64,000 bases of DNA from Patescibacteria group bacterium (GCA_038065255.1 JBBTRI010000004.1:15080-79079), one strand, 5' to 3'. Counted from the stretch's first letter, positions 8,485-17,942 are shown. The notes: generated by a model from the letters alone, not told the origin. Made by a program: numbers and translations.

Positions 8485-11400
8485 TTATATTTTCTTATAC
8501 TCGCAAATGGATTTGAAATCGCAAAAACGACAATGGAATCCCGGTGTAGCTTTGAAATCGCTTCCCTTCATTTCTTGGACGGTTTTTTCTATATTCTTAA
8601 GCGTTTTTTCCTTTTCTTTGGCAGTTCCCAAAAACGACACATGGGATCCATCTTCAACATAGTAGTACGTCAATTTAATCGGATTCATTCCCAACAACTC
8701 TTCGGCTGCCATTTGATACATAATAAGCTGCTCCTTATCATGAAAACCTAGTGCATCCTCTGCTTTGCTTTTTCCCGTTTTATAATCAATAATTTCCACG
8801 CCCCCCTCAATATCATCGATACGATCAATTTTGCCTTTAAGAATAATACTATCCTCGTCTGTGCCGAGCTTCAAAGTAAAATCCCGCTCAATCGTCCTGG
8901 GGCTGGGCAGAGTATCGCTAACCTCTCCATGAATTCGCTCGAGTATATCGGAGCCCTTTGCAAAATATTCCTCTTGTTCTTTTTGAGAACGATACCATTC
9001 ATCTATCCAGCATTCCTTATACATATTCAGTAGCTCATCGAGACTAGGTACAGTGCGCTCTTCCATGATGCGATTTAAAAACTTCTCAAGCGTCGCATGA
9101 ATACTTTTTCCAAAACTAAATTGATAGCGCCCGAAGGTGGGTATTTTAAGTAAAAATGAGTACTTATACTGCAATGGACAGGTTTGGAAAGCCCTAAGCT
9201 GGCTAAAGCTGACCGTGGAAGGCAGTGCTAACGCCTGCCGAGATGAAGTTGCTGTGCGCTCGGGTGGCAAAGATGGAAGGGTGGTGGAAGACAGAGGGGG
9301 TTTCTCGGCAGGGATATTCATCCCGCATTCTTCCAGAAAACGTGAAGGCTTTCTACTGCGTACACCGCCATAATCCTTTGCGCCCGTCAAAAAAACGCCT
9401 TCCTGTGCACGAGTAAGCGCAACGTACAGCAAACGTCGTTCTTCTTCAAGATGAGCATCTTCTTGAGGGATGGGTTCCTTTAGTAACTCTTGCGGGAGTT
9501 CTAGAGCATCTTCGCGTTCTTGAGTGGGGAATCGGCGGTCTACAAGATGCACAACAAATACATAAGAAAACTCAAGCCCCTTGGAGCCATGAATAGTCAT
9601 AATCTTTACTACATCGGGCCCTGTGTCGATATCGCGCGCAAGCGATCCGGCATCCCCGGCTTCCTGTTCCAAACGAACAAGCTCCAAAAATTCTTGCAGT
9701 CGGGCAAGCGGATATTCGGATTGAAAGGTTTTTAATTTTGCAAATAACTGGTTGATATACCCAAGCCCTTCTCGTTTTTCTAGGGTGTCATCACGACTCA
9801 GCCATGTCAAAAACCCTGTATCTTGCACAATACGAAAGAATACTTCGACTGCAGGCTTGGATTTTGCAAGTGCAGCATGTTCGCCAATACGGCTGCATAG
9901 TGCGCGGAATGCATCGGCATCAGCCTGCGTGATCGCTTCTATTTCACTCATGTGTTCGAGCGCCTGCCAGAGAGAATATCCTTTCCGATGTGCAAAATGA
10001 CTCAGAGCAACAATACCATCATGGGAAATATTCAAAAAAGGAAAATTAAAAACTCGGTATAACGCAGGACTTTCGTGGTAATTGTGAAGAAGGGTGCAAT
10101 ATGACAGAAGATCAATAACGGCCGGTTTTGAATACAAACCCTTTTGGCCAAAAAACTGGTATGGAATGCCATACTCACTGCACTTTGCAATAAAATTACT
10201 GGCGCTATCATTGGAACGGATAAGTATGGCAAAGTCGCTCCATTGGAGTGTTTCAGACTGCTCTTTAAGCTTGCATATTTTTTGAATTACTTGTTCTGTT
10301 TCCTCATCATGTGTCGCACAATACATGTATTCAAGCGTACCCAACCCCTCGTTATGTGCATGGAGTTGCTTTATCAATGCAGTGCCCGATTGTTGAAGTT
10401 GGCATTCAAGGCGGTTTGGGTTGTTTTTTTGAATAAATGCATAAGCGCAATCTAAAATATTTTGTCGCGAACGATAATTGCGCGTCAGAATAATTTCCGT
10501 ACTCGATGGATAATCTTTTTTAAATCGCGTGATATTTGCTAATGACGTACCCCGCCAGCGGTAAATACTCTGATCATCATCCCCTACTACCGTGAGGAGC
10601 GATCGATTTGCCGCCAAGAGCTTAATGAGCTCATATTGCGCCCAGTTGGTATCTTGAAACTCATCGACTAATACAGCTTTAAATTGCATCTGATAGCGGT
10701 TGAGTAGACCCAAACGTTGGCTAAAAAGCTTGAGTGTGTAGACAATGAGATCGCCGAAATCCAACGCGCTTTCATCAAGCAAGAGTTGCTGGTATTTTGT
10801 ATATGCACGGGCAAGTTCCTGTATACGTGCAGTTTCATCTTGATCATCGGATTGAAGAGATTCCGCATGCGCTACGTACTCCTGCGGGGTTATTCCTTCA
10901 TCTTTGCATCGAGAAAAATGCTTCAGTAATTCGTGAATGCATTTGGTAGGATTGCCTGCAGGACGGTAATACTCGAGTCCAAGAAGGTCGAGGTTCTTCC
11001 GAACAAGCATCCAGGCAGCTGTTTGATCAAGGAGTTTGAAATCTGTGGGTATGCCGATATCCAACCCGTGCTTTCGCAAGATGCGTTCGCAGAACCCATG
11101 AAACGTACATACCCATAGATCAACATAGCCATAGGGCAACAAGCGATCGAGGCGCTCCTCCATTTCTTGCGCTGCTTTTTGGGTAAACGTAAGCGCCAGT
11201 ACTTCATTGACCGTACATAGTCCGCTAAGAACAAGCCATGCAATCCGTCGAGTAATCACTGTTGTTTTGCCGGTGCCGGCTCCGGCAACAATCATCAAAG
11301 GGCTGCCCGCATGCGTTGCGGCACGGCGCTGTTCATCGTTGAGGTTTTCCAATAGTTTATCAAGTGAATTCATATTCTCTGAGAGTAGCGGCTTTGGCAT
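8485..11400 (-). CDS. UvrD/PcrA-family ATP-dependent DNA helicase fused to a C-terminal PD-(D/E)xK (Cas4/AddB-like) nuclease domain with a Cys cluster
   Basis: Walker A motif AGAGTGKTTVITRRIAW and UvrD-family motifs (TFTQKAAQEMEERL, VLVDEFQDTN, GDDDQSIYRWRG). The C-terminus carries IDRIDDIEGGVEIIDYKTGK (PD-D/ExK) and CRFCDFKSIC, with an upstream Cys (QTCPLQYKY). Confidence 0.85.
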   Translation of the reverse strand: MPKPLLSENMNSLDKLLENLNDEQRRAATHAGSPLMIVAGAGTGKTTVITRRIAWLVLSGLCTVNEVLALTFTQKAAQEMEERLDRLLPYGYVDLWVCTFHGFCERILRKHGLDIGIPTDFKLLDQTAAWMLVRKNLDLLGLEYYRPAGNPTKCIHELLKHFSRCKDEGITPQEYVAHAESLQSDDQDETARIQELARAYTKYQQLLLDESALDFGDLIVYTLKLFSQRLGLLNRYQMQFKAVLVDEFQDTNWAQYELIKLLAANRSLLTVVGDDDQSIYRWRGTSLANITRFKKDYPSSTEIILTRNYRSRQNILDCAYAFIQKNNPNRLECQLQQSGTALIKQLHAHNEGLGTLEYMYCATHDEETEQVIQKICKLKEQSETLQWSDFAILIRSNDSASNFIAKCSEYGIPYQFFGQKGLYSKPAVIDLLSYCTLLHNYHESPALYRVFNFPFLNISHDGIVALSHFAHRKGYSLWQALEHMSEIEAITQADADAFRALCSRIGEHAALAKSKPAVEVFFRIVQDTGFLTWLSRDDTLEKREGLGYINQLFAKLKTFQSEYPLARLQEFLELVRLEQEAGDAGSLARDIDTGPDVVKIMTIHGSKGLEFSYVFVVHLVDRRFPTQEREDALELPQELLKEPIPQEDAHLEEERRLLYVALTRAQEGVFLTGAKDYGGVRSRKPSRFLEECGMNIPAEKPPLSSTTLPSLPPERTATSSRQALALPSTVSFSQLRAFQTCPLQYKYSFLLKIPTFGRYQFSFGKSIHATLEKFLNRIMEERTVPSLDELLNMYKECWIDEWYRSQKEQEEYFAKGSDILERIHGEVSDTLPSPRTIERDFTLKLGTDEDSIILKGKIDRIDDIEGGVEIIDYKTGKSKAEDALGFHDKEQLIMYQMAAEELLGMNPIKLTYYYVEDGSHVSFLGTAKEKEKTLKNIEKTVQEMKGSDFKATPGFHCRFCDFKSICEYKKI

Positions 11401-11505
11401 TCTTTTTCAAGTTTTTACACATTCACTATGCATACATTATTTGACAGTAGAGGAATACGTGTGTAGTATATTAATGTTACCTTAAAGTGATCTTAAAATA
11501 CTCCT

Positions 11506-11760
11506 ATGTATCACCAAGAACAACAGTCAGTGTCAGTGAAAGAGTTGCGGCAGAATTTTCCCAAACTTGCAGAAAACCTTGCAAAGGGGAATTCTTTCAT
11601 TCTCATTCATCGATCAAAGCCGATTGCACGCATCATGCCGTATTCAGGCATTCCGGCAAGCCAGAGCAATGCATTGCAATTTTGGTCGAAACCGTTACGG
11701 AAAAACCGCATATCAAAAAAAATGTCGAGTGTTGCATTGGTGAAAAAAGAGCGTTCATAG
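11506..11760 (+). CDS. type II antitoxin, Phd/YefM family
   Basis: SVKELRQNFPKLAENLAKGNSFILIHRSKPIARIMPY matches the Phd/YefM fold signature. The stop lies 3 bp before the PIN gene. Confidence 0.65.
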   Translation: MYHQEQQSVSVKELRQNFPKLAENLAKGNSFILIHRSKPIARIMPYSGIPASQSNALQFWSKPLRKNRISKKMSSVALVKKERS

Positions 11761-11763
11761 CAT

Positions 11764-12180
11764 ATGATTTTTTTAACCATAGACTCATCGGTATTTCTCT
11801 CATCTCTCCTTGAGCGCGATCATTACCATCAAACATCTCTTGCATTTTTTTCCCACATTCATCAACATCCATACATTACAACATTACCCATGATTGTTGT
11901 TCTTGAGATAGCAAATATTCTATCAAAATATAACAAAGATCCCCGGCCGGCAATCGAGTCCCTCATGGCACTCACCATTTTACCCCACGACCAGTCCACA
12001 ATTGAAGAAGCTATCACTATATTCAAAAGACTCCACCTCAAAACATCCGATGCACTTGTGGTATGGTGCGCCTATGTATCTGAAAGCACGCTCATCTCAT
12101 GGGATAAACAGCTTATCCGCCAAGCCCAGAAACTCATTGAAGCATCTACGCCATCTGATTTTTTGAAAAAGATGATTTAA
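11764..12180 (+). CDS. PIN-domain ribonuclease toxin (VapC-like)
   Basis: N-terminal IFLTIDSSVFL (conserved Asp) and C-terminal TSDALVV...SWDKQL acidic residues, at the size typical of VapC and tightly coupled to the upstream antitoxin. Confidence 0.6.
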   Translation: MIFLTIDSSVFLSSLLERDHYHQTSLAFFSHIHQHPYITTLPMIVVLEIANILSKYNKDPRPAIESLMALTILPHDQSTIEEAITIFKRLHLKTSDALVVWCAYVSESTLISWDKQLIRQAQKLIEASTPSDFLKKMI

Positions 12181-12188
12181 AAGCAGTT

Positions 12189-13181
12189 TTATTCTTCCAG
12201 AATCGATGCAAACATGAGCGGCGCAACAATCGTTGCGTCTGATTCAATGACAAACTGGGGTGTTGTCTCGTCAATCTTGCCCCATGTTATTTTTTCGTTT
12301 GGCACTGCCCCGCTATAGGAACCATAGGATGTCGTACTATCGGAAATTTGGCAAAAATATCCCCAGTAGGGAGCTGCCTCTTTGAGGTCCTGGTTCATAA
12401 GCGGCACAACACATATAGGAAAGTCTCCGGCAATTCCTCCACCGATTTGAAAGAATCCTACTGACGAGCTCCGAGAAGCCATGCGATACCAGTCGATAAG
12501 AAATGCCATTGTCTCAAGCCCTGATTTTACAACATGGTATCCGCTGAGTTCTTTTTTTATGACATTCGCAACAAACATATTACCAAGGGTCGAATCCTCC
12601 CAACCTGGTACGAAAATAGGAAGATTCTTTTCGCATGCGGCGATCAACCAGGAATGTTGTTCATCAATTTGATAGTGCTCCCTCACGAGATTCTCGCGAA
12701 TTACCTGATACATATACTCATAGGGAAAATACCGCTCCCCCGCTCTATCCGCTCTCTGCCAGACAGAAAGCACTGCGCGTTCAATGCGCCGCATGGCGTT
12801 TTCTTCAGGAATACAGGTGTCCGTTACGCGATTCATTGCTCGGTCTCGGAGTGCCACTTCATCAGACTTTGTGAGATATCGATACTGGGGAACGCGCTCA
12901 TACTCATTGTGAGCAACAAGATTGAATATATCTTCTTCAAGATTAGCTCCCGTACAGCAAATCGCATGAACCTTATCCTTACGGATCATTTCGGCAAGTG
13001 AAATGCCAAGTTCAGCCGTGCTCATTGCGCCGGCAAGCGTCAGAAACATTTTTCCGCCATTTTTCAGATGCGATTTATAGCTTTCAGTTGCATCTTTGAG
13101 TGTTGCGGCATTGAAGTGGTGGTAGTGCCGTGAAATAAATTCTGTCATGTTCATAGAATGCAAATTATGAATGTACACCAT
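12189..13181 (-). CDS. deoxyhypusine synthase-like protein (DHS / homospermidine-synthase superfamily)
   Basis: CCTGANLEEDIFNL and FFQIGGGIAGDFP resemble the TAGGVEEDL and GGGxxKHH NAD/spermidine-binding motifs of DHS-family enzymes. It is the last gene of the long minus-strand operon. Confidence 0.55.
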   Translation of the reverse strand: MVYIHNLHSMNMTEFISRHYHHFNAATLKDATESYKSHLKNGGKMFLTLAGAMSTAELGISLAEMIRKDKVHAICCTGANLEEDIFNLVAHNEYERVPQYRYLTKSDEVALRDRAMNRVTDTCIPEENAMRRIERAVLSVWQRADRAGERYFPYEYMYQVIRENLVREHYQIDEQHSWLIAACEKNLPIFVPGWEDSTLGNMFVANVIKKELSGYHVVKSGLETMAFLIDWYRMASRSSSVGFFQIGGGIAGDFPICVVPLMNQDLKEAAPYWGYFCQISDSTTSYGSYSGAVPNEKITWGKIDETTPQFVIESDATIVAPLMFASILEE

Positions 13182-13190
13182 TGTAATGCA

Positions 13191-14288
13191 CTACGCAGAC
13201 TTTCCCCACATGGCAACGTTTATATCGAGCCTATGAAGGCGGCGCTCAGTGCTGACAATACCCACAAGAGGACGCATGTACTCGCGGAGGGTTGGAAATT
13301 CAGCAATAATTGCCTCGCTTATCTCGCGATACATCCAGCGCGCACTTTCTTCTGCCGCTCGCCAGTCATCGTAATAGTCCGTATCCCGATCAAACGACTC
13401 GTTGACGAGCAGAACAACTCCATCTTTTTTGCTCACCCGCCCTTCTTCAATATTTTCAAAAATGATATGCGCGCCGGTAAGGCATGTTTTAATAAAATTA
13501 GGATCCCAGGATTTTATTTTAATGGCTGAGTTCCATGTGCGGATGTAATCAAACCTATTTCCCACAGCCAATATCCACTCATTATGGTCGAGATCTTCGG
13601 ATGAAACTTTTTCCGTCCGCTTCTTCATGACAAGCATGCGGTTGAAAAGCATGCGGTCTGTGAGAAATTGAATCATCCCCTGTGGCATTTCGGGATAAAG
13701 CTTTGGGAGTCTTTCTTTGAGAAGTGCTTCGCTCTCTTGTTCGGAATGCTGAATAAGCATAGTTGCTTCTAAAGTCTCATCTTTATTTCCATGAAGAATA
13801 ATAGAACGATCATCCGTATTGATTCCAACAAGAACGGTATACACCTGCCGAGTTCCCCCTTCGATAAAAAGTGTTCGTGTGACACGGTCAAATTGGTCGC
13901 GTACCGCAGTCTGGCCGGCAACGGCTTTTGAAGTGTCGTAGTCATACCCCTTGCAACAAAAATCTTTCCCTTGGGAAGAAAAGTGATAGGTAACAGGAAT
14001 CAGGAGCGCCTTCCTCCTCTCGCCGGCGCTTCGTACGCGCCGCTCAAAATGCGGTTTGAATGCCGGCCAACCAATGTCGATCATACCGCCAATAGTACGC
14101 ACCGGGTACACCCACGCAAACGGCGCACCGGTAGCTTCAGTAAAATCTGCTCGCCCGTCCATGCATTTGATCGCCATGACGCTGATATTATATTTGGTAT
14201 CAAAATAACGCCGGTCTCCCTCTGTTTCATGATAGAGGCGTTCGGCTTCATCGCTCATTTTTGAAATGCGATTAATAGGAGTTGGCAT
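13191..14288 (-). CDS. hypothetical protein (365 aa) encoded within the complex-I-like operon
   Basis: 4-bp and 10-bp gaps to its neighbours. It contains a CMDGR (C-x-D-x-R) motif and an H...CC pair. I recognised no confident family. Confidence 0.5.
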   Translation of the reverse strand: MPTPINRISKMSDEAERLYHETEGDRRYFDTKYNISVMAIKCMDGRADFTEATGAPFAWVYPVRTIGGMIDIGWPAFKPHFERRVRSAGERRKALLIPVTYHFSSQGKDFCCKGYDYDTSKAVAGQTAVRDQFDRVTRTLFIEGGTRQVYTVLVGINTDDRSIILHGNKDETLEATMLIQHSEQESEALLKERLPKLYPEMPQGMIQFLTDRMLFNRMLVMKKRTEKVSSEDLDHNEWILAVGNRFDYIRTWNSAIKIKSWDPNFIKTCLTGAHIIFENIEEGRVSKKDGVVLLVNESFDRDTDYYDDWRAAEESARWMYREISEAIIAEFPTLREYMRPLVGIVSTERRLHRLDINVAMWGKSA

Positions 14289-14291
14289 AGA

Positions 14292-15836
14292 CTACACGTC
14301 ATTACCTGAATAGGATAAATTAAAACTTTTGTTTATGAGCGGAAAATCAGGAACCATATTCCCCTTCCCTGCATGTCCTAACACTGTCCAATTAATAAAT
14401 GATGGGTCGCGCACATCCACTCGACAAATTGATCCGTCTCCATCTGTTGCAACTACGTATATGATATCACCTCGCCAGCCTTCCACAATACCAACAGCAT
14501 AGGAGTTGGAAGGAAGTTTAAGGCGAGAAAGATCATTGCCAATACAGGGTCCTGAAGAAATATCACTCAATGCTTTTTGGAGGATATCGAACGAGGAATA
14601 CACCTCATCTATTCTGACACGAAATCGAGCATAGACATCACCTGAATGATATGATGGAATAGGAATCGAAAAGTGATCATATGCGGCATAGGGGTGGTCT
14701 TTGCGTGCATCGTATGCAAACCCAAGTGCTTTTGCAGCAACACCAACAACCCCATGATCCTTGGCAATTGTATAATCAAGGCTGCCTGTATGCCGCAAGC
14801 GCTCAATAAGCGAGCTATTTCGAAGCGCAACAGCCATAACTTCAGAAAAATCTTTTCGCACAGACAGAAGTGTCTGCCGTACCGATTCAAGGCAACCATT
14901 GGAAATATCTTTTTGAACTCCGCCAATCGTATTCACTCCACGCAAGAATCTGCTACCTATTAGAAAATCATTAAGCTGCATCACCACCTCCCTCAAACGC
15001 GCACCATGTGATCCGCCGAAATTAAATCCCGTGTCAAGCATGATGGCACCGATATCTCCAAAGTGATTTGCAAGCCGTTCCAGCTCACAGAATATCACAC
15101 GAATATATCGAGCTCGGATAGGAACAGGTATCGATCCCAATTCTTCGAAAGCTTGGCACAATGCAAGTGAATGACTAAATGAACTGTCTCCGCTCACGCG
15201 CTCAGAGAGCCGAAGCTTGTCTTTAAGGGCAAGGTGCTCAAATAACTTCTCACTGCCCTTGTGTGAGTATCCAAGCCGTGCCTCCAGATGAAGAATCTCT
15301 TCACCTGCTACGCTAAAACGAAAATGTCCCGGCTCAATAATGCCTGCATGCACCGGTCCAACGGGAATTTCGTAGATACCCTCACCCTGAACATGCCGAA
15401 AGGTAAACTCACCCCTTGCCGGAGATGGGCGCTCATTCCATGCAAAATCTTTTCTGAGTGGAAAGAGATTCTGAGGCCATTGTTCGTGAAGTATAAGTGA
15501 GCGAAGATTTGGATGCCCTATTGGTACAATTCCAAACAAGCTTGCTATTTTTCGTTCATGAATCGATGCCTGATGAATGATGGGTGTAAGTGAAGGAAAT
15601 GTCTCTTGCACGCATATGGTAGGTGTTTGAAAAATATGCTCTTCGGGATTGCTAAAAAGATACATAATCTTAAAATTCCCCGTCTGTTCTCGCTCATCAA
15701 AAGCAGTGATTGTTTTTAATGGAAAACCTCTCTCGTATAATTCTTTGCATGTTGCAAGAATATCGCCTTCAGGCACATTGTATATATTGAGGTTGTCGCA
15801 AGGCCTATTATTTTGTATTGGTAAAGGTTTCGTCAT
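14292..15836 (-). CDS. fused NuoC/NuoD-like subunit ([NiFe]-hydrogenase group 4 large-subunit homolog) lacking the NiFe-binding cysteines
   Basis: GPVHAGIIEPGHFRF and LGYSHKGSEKL are NuoD/HycE signatures. The N-terminal RxCGxC motif reads ERVSGDSS and the C-terminal DPCxxC motif reads DPSFINW. Confidence 0.8.
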   Translation of the reverse strand: MTKPLPIQNNRPCDNLNIYNVPEGDILATCKELYERGFPLKTITAFDEREQTGNFKIMYLFSNPEEHIFQTPTICVQETFPSLTPIIHQASIHERKIASLFGIVPIGHPNLRSLILHEQWPQNLFPLRKDFAWNERPSPARGEFTFRHVQGEGIYEIPVGPVHAGIIEPGHFRFSVAGEEILHLEARLGYSHKGSEKLFEHLALKDKLRLSERVSGDSSFSHSLALCQAFEELGSIPVPIRARYIRVIFCELERLANHFGDIGAIMLDTGFNFGGSHGARLREVVMQLNDFLIGSRFLRGVNTIGGVQKDISNGCLESVRQTLLSVRKDFSEVMAVALRNSSLIERLRHTGSLDYTIAKDHGVVGVAAKALGFAYDARKDHPYAAYDHFSIPIPSYHSGDVYARFRVRIDEVYSSFDILQKALSDISSGPCIGNDLSRLKLPSNSYAVGIVEGWRGDIIYVVATDGDGSICRVDVRDPSFINWTVLGHAGKGNMVPDFPLINKSFNLSYSGNDV

Positions 15837-17278
15837 AAGAGTTCTGCTGCTTTTGTTAGAAGTTCGGAAAGACCTGGCGGGAGATACACGCTCAGAATGA
15901 TAAGTATGAGTGAGAGAAGAATGGAAGGTGTAAGTACATACACATTAGATTCACCCCTTAAAACAGTTGGCGGCGCCTCACTGAACGCCATTGATACGAT
16001 GTGGCGCAAAAATCCCACAAATACAAGCACCAGCGAAACAAGAAGTATTACTGATGCAAAGCCATAGTGGGCTATGCCTGCAACTAAAATATGTATTTCT
16101 GTAATAAACATCCCAAAGGGCGGAACACCCGTGATAGCAAGAAGGCCACAAAACAGAAGAACGGTGCTCACAGGAAGAATTGTGATCATGCCTTTGATAT
16201 TTGAAATTCTAGAAAGGCCATATTTAAGAAAAAGAGAGCCGGATATGAAAAACAACAATGACTTTGCAATTGAGTGATAGATCATATGGAGTAAAGCTGC
16301 CCATATGCCCAATCCGCCAAATCCGCATCCCAGGGCGATAATACCCATATGTTCAATACTGGAATAGGCAAATAGCCGTTTGTATTTCTTTTGTGCCAAG
16401 ATAATAAACGCAGCAATGACCACTGACACCAGTCCAAAACCGATGAGCATCGTATTGGAAAACGATTGTTCGACCACCGAATCTGTAATGATTTTAAATC
16501 GAAAAATAGCGAGGAGTGCAACATTCAACAATGCACCCGAAAGAAGCGCACTAATCGGCGGGGGCGCCTTGCTGTGCGCATCCGGAAGCCACGTATGCAT
16601 GGGAGCAAAACCAACCTTTGTCCCATATCCTACAAGGATAAAAATAAAGGCAATCTTTAATAGATCAGGGTTAAATTCAGATACATGCTCGGAAAGTGAG
16701 TGCCAACCTGGAAATCCAAGCATGTCTACCGATGATTCACCGGCAAAAAAAAGCAGTGTTCCGAAAAAAGCCAATAGTAGTCCAATGGAATTAATCAATA
16801 GATATTTCCATGCCGCTTCTGTTGCTGAAGCCTTGTTGTAAAAGCTAATAAGGAGCGTGGTTGAAAGCGTCGTTGTTTCGATTGCAATCCACATGAGGAT
16901 GGGACTTGCTGAAAGGACACCGGCAAACATAGCAGCAACAAATAGTTGGTAGAGAAGAAAATATTGCTTTACTCTCCGAAAGCCGATAATTCCCTTCTTC
17001 ACTTCCTCGCGAAGATAGCCAATTGAATAGATTGAAGAAAAAACAGATACAATAATAACGGTAAGGAGTACGATACCGGAAAGGGCATCAAGAAAGAAAA
17101 ATGGTGCGAATGATAGTTCCTGTGCCGTATGAAGTTGCACAAACACTCCCACGGCGGTAATAATTTCTGCACAGGCACCAATACAATAAAGCGCATCGAA
17201 CATTCGAATATTTTTTCGAACAAGTACGCCAACAAGACCAATGAGAAGCGGGATGAAAACAAGAAATGTAAGTTCCAT
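15833..17278 (-). CDS. NuoN/NuoM/MrpD-family proton-conducting antiporter-like subunit (HyfF-like)
   Basis: PMHTWLPDAHSKAPPPISALLSGALLNVALLAIFRF matches the complex I antiporter-subunit signature. It has about 14 predicted TM segments. Confidence 0.8.
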   Translation of the reverse strand: MELTFLVFIPLLIGLVGVLVRKNIRMFDALYCIGACAEIITAVGVFVQLHTAQELSFAPFFFLDALSGIVLLTVIIVSVFSSIYSIGYLREEVKKGIIGFRRVKQYFLLYQLFVAAMFAGVLSASPILMWIAIETTTLSTTLLISFYNKASATEAAWKYLLINSIGLLLAFFGTLLFFAGESSVDMLGFPGWHSLSEHVSEFNPDLLKIAFIFILVGYGTKVGFAPMHTWLPDAHSKAPPPISALLSGALLNVALLAIFRFKIITDSVVEQSFSNTMLIGFGLVSVVIAAFIILAQKKYKRLFAYSSIEHMGIIALGCGFGGLGIWAALLHMIYHSIAKSLLFFISGSLFLKYGLSRISNIKGMITILPVSTVLLFCGLLAITGVPPFGMFITEIHILVAGIAHYGFASVILLVSLVLVFVGFLRHIVSMAFSEAPPTVLRGESNVYVLTPSILLSLILIILSVYLPPGLSELLTKAAELL

Positions 17279-17281
17279 AAA

Positions 17282-17938
17282 TCAATCGATTAATCGCTTC
17301 ATGGCACTTGTATCGAGTGAACCGAACTGCCGGAATATCAGTGAGGCAAGAATGGTTGCCATAATCACCCACACAAGAATACTTACGGTTATGCCAAGTT
17401 GTAACGCGGGATTCTGTTCGAGACCTGCAAAGAGAGCAAAAGAAATTATCCCATTCTCCAATGAAAGATATCCCAGCATCTGAGAAAAGATTCCCTTTCT
17501 GTTTATTATCAAAAAAAGTGAAATAAGGATGATTGCAAATGGCAGAAGGAGAAATTCTTGTCCGACATTATTCAATACGATAAGTTCTTTAAAAAGAGTT
17601 GAACGTGTAAGTGCCGTAAGGCAGGCAATAATAACAAGTGTCAGAGGCATCGAGCAATAACTGCCGGCTAAAAATGTGAGTTGATGTTTTCGGATAAGGA
17701 GGTAGAAAAAATATGGCGTGATGACAAGCTTGATTGCTATGGTTGCTGCCAACGCAACATAGAGCAATGGAGATGCTGCGCCAAGATAGGATGCAATGAG
17801 TAGTAATGCCAATACTGCGGTTTGGACAACATAAAGAATAACGGCCGTTTTGTTATTTTTAACCAAATGCAGCACAACAACAGTCAAAAAAATAATTGCT
17901 TCGAAAAGAAAAAGAAGTTGAGGAGATAGTGTAAACAT
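17282..17938 (-). CDS. small polytopic membrane subunit (HyfE / Mrp small-subunit-like)
   Basis: A 218-aa all-hydrophobic protein placed between the NuoH-like and NuoN-like genes, as HyfE is in hyf operons. The assignment rests on position, size and the LENGI motif, and the family assignment is uncertain. Confidence 0.45.
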   Translation of the reverse strand: MFTLSPQLLFLFEAIIFLTVVVLHLVKNNKTAVILYVVQTAVLALLLIASYLGAASPLLYVALAATIAIKLVITPYFFYLLIRKHQLTFLAGSYCSMPLTLVIIACLTALTRSTLFKELIVLNNVGQEFLLLPFAIILISLFLIINRKGIFSQMLGYLSLENGIISFALFAGLEQNPALQLGITVSILVWVIMATILASLIFRQFGSLDTSAMKRLID

Positions 17939-17942
17939 ATTC

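Noticed and set aside
13191-14288. Calling the 365-aa operon protein a beta-carbonic anhydrase or Cup-like CO2 hydratase
   Set aside because: Only the first CxDxR-like motif is present and the HxxCG motif is absent, so this is too weak for a call. It is kept as a hypothesis only.
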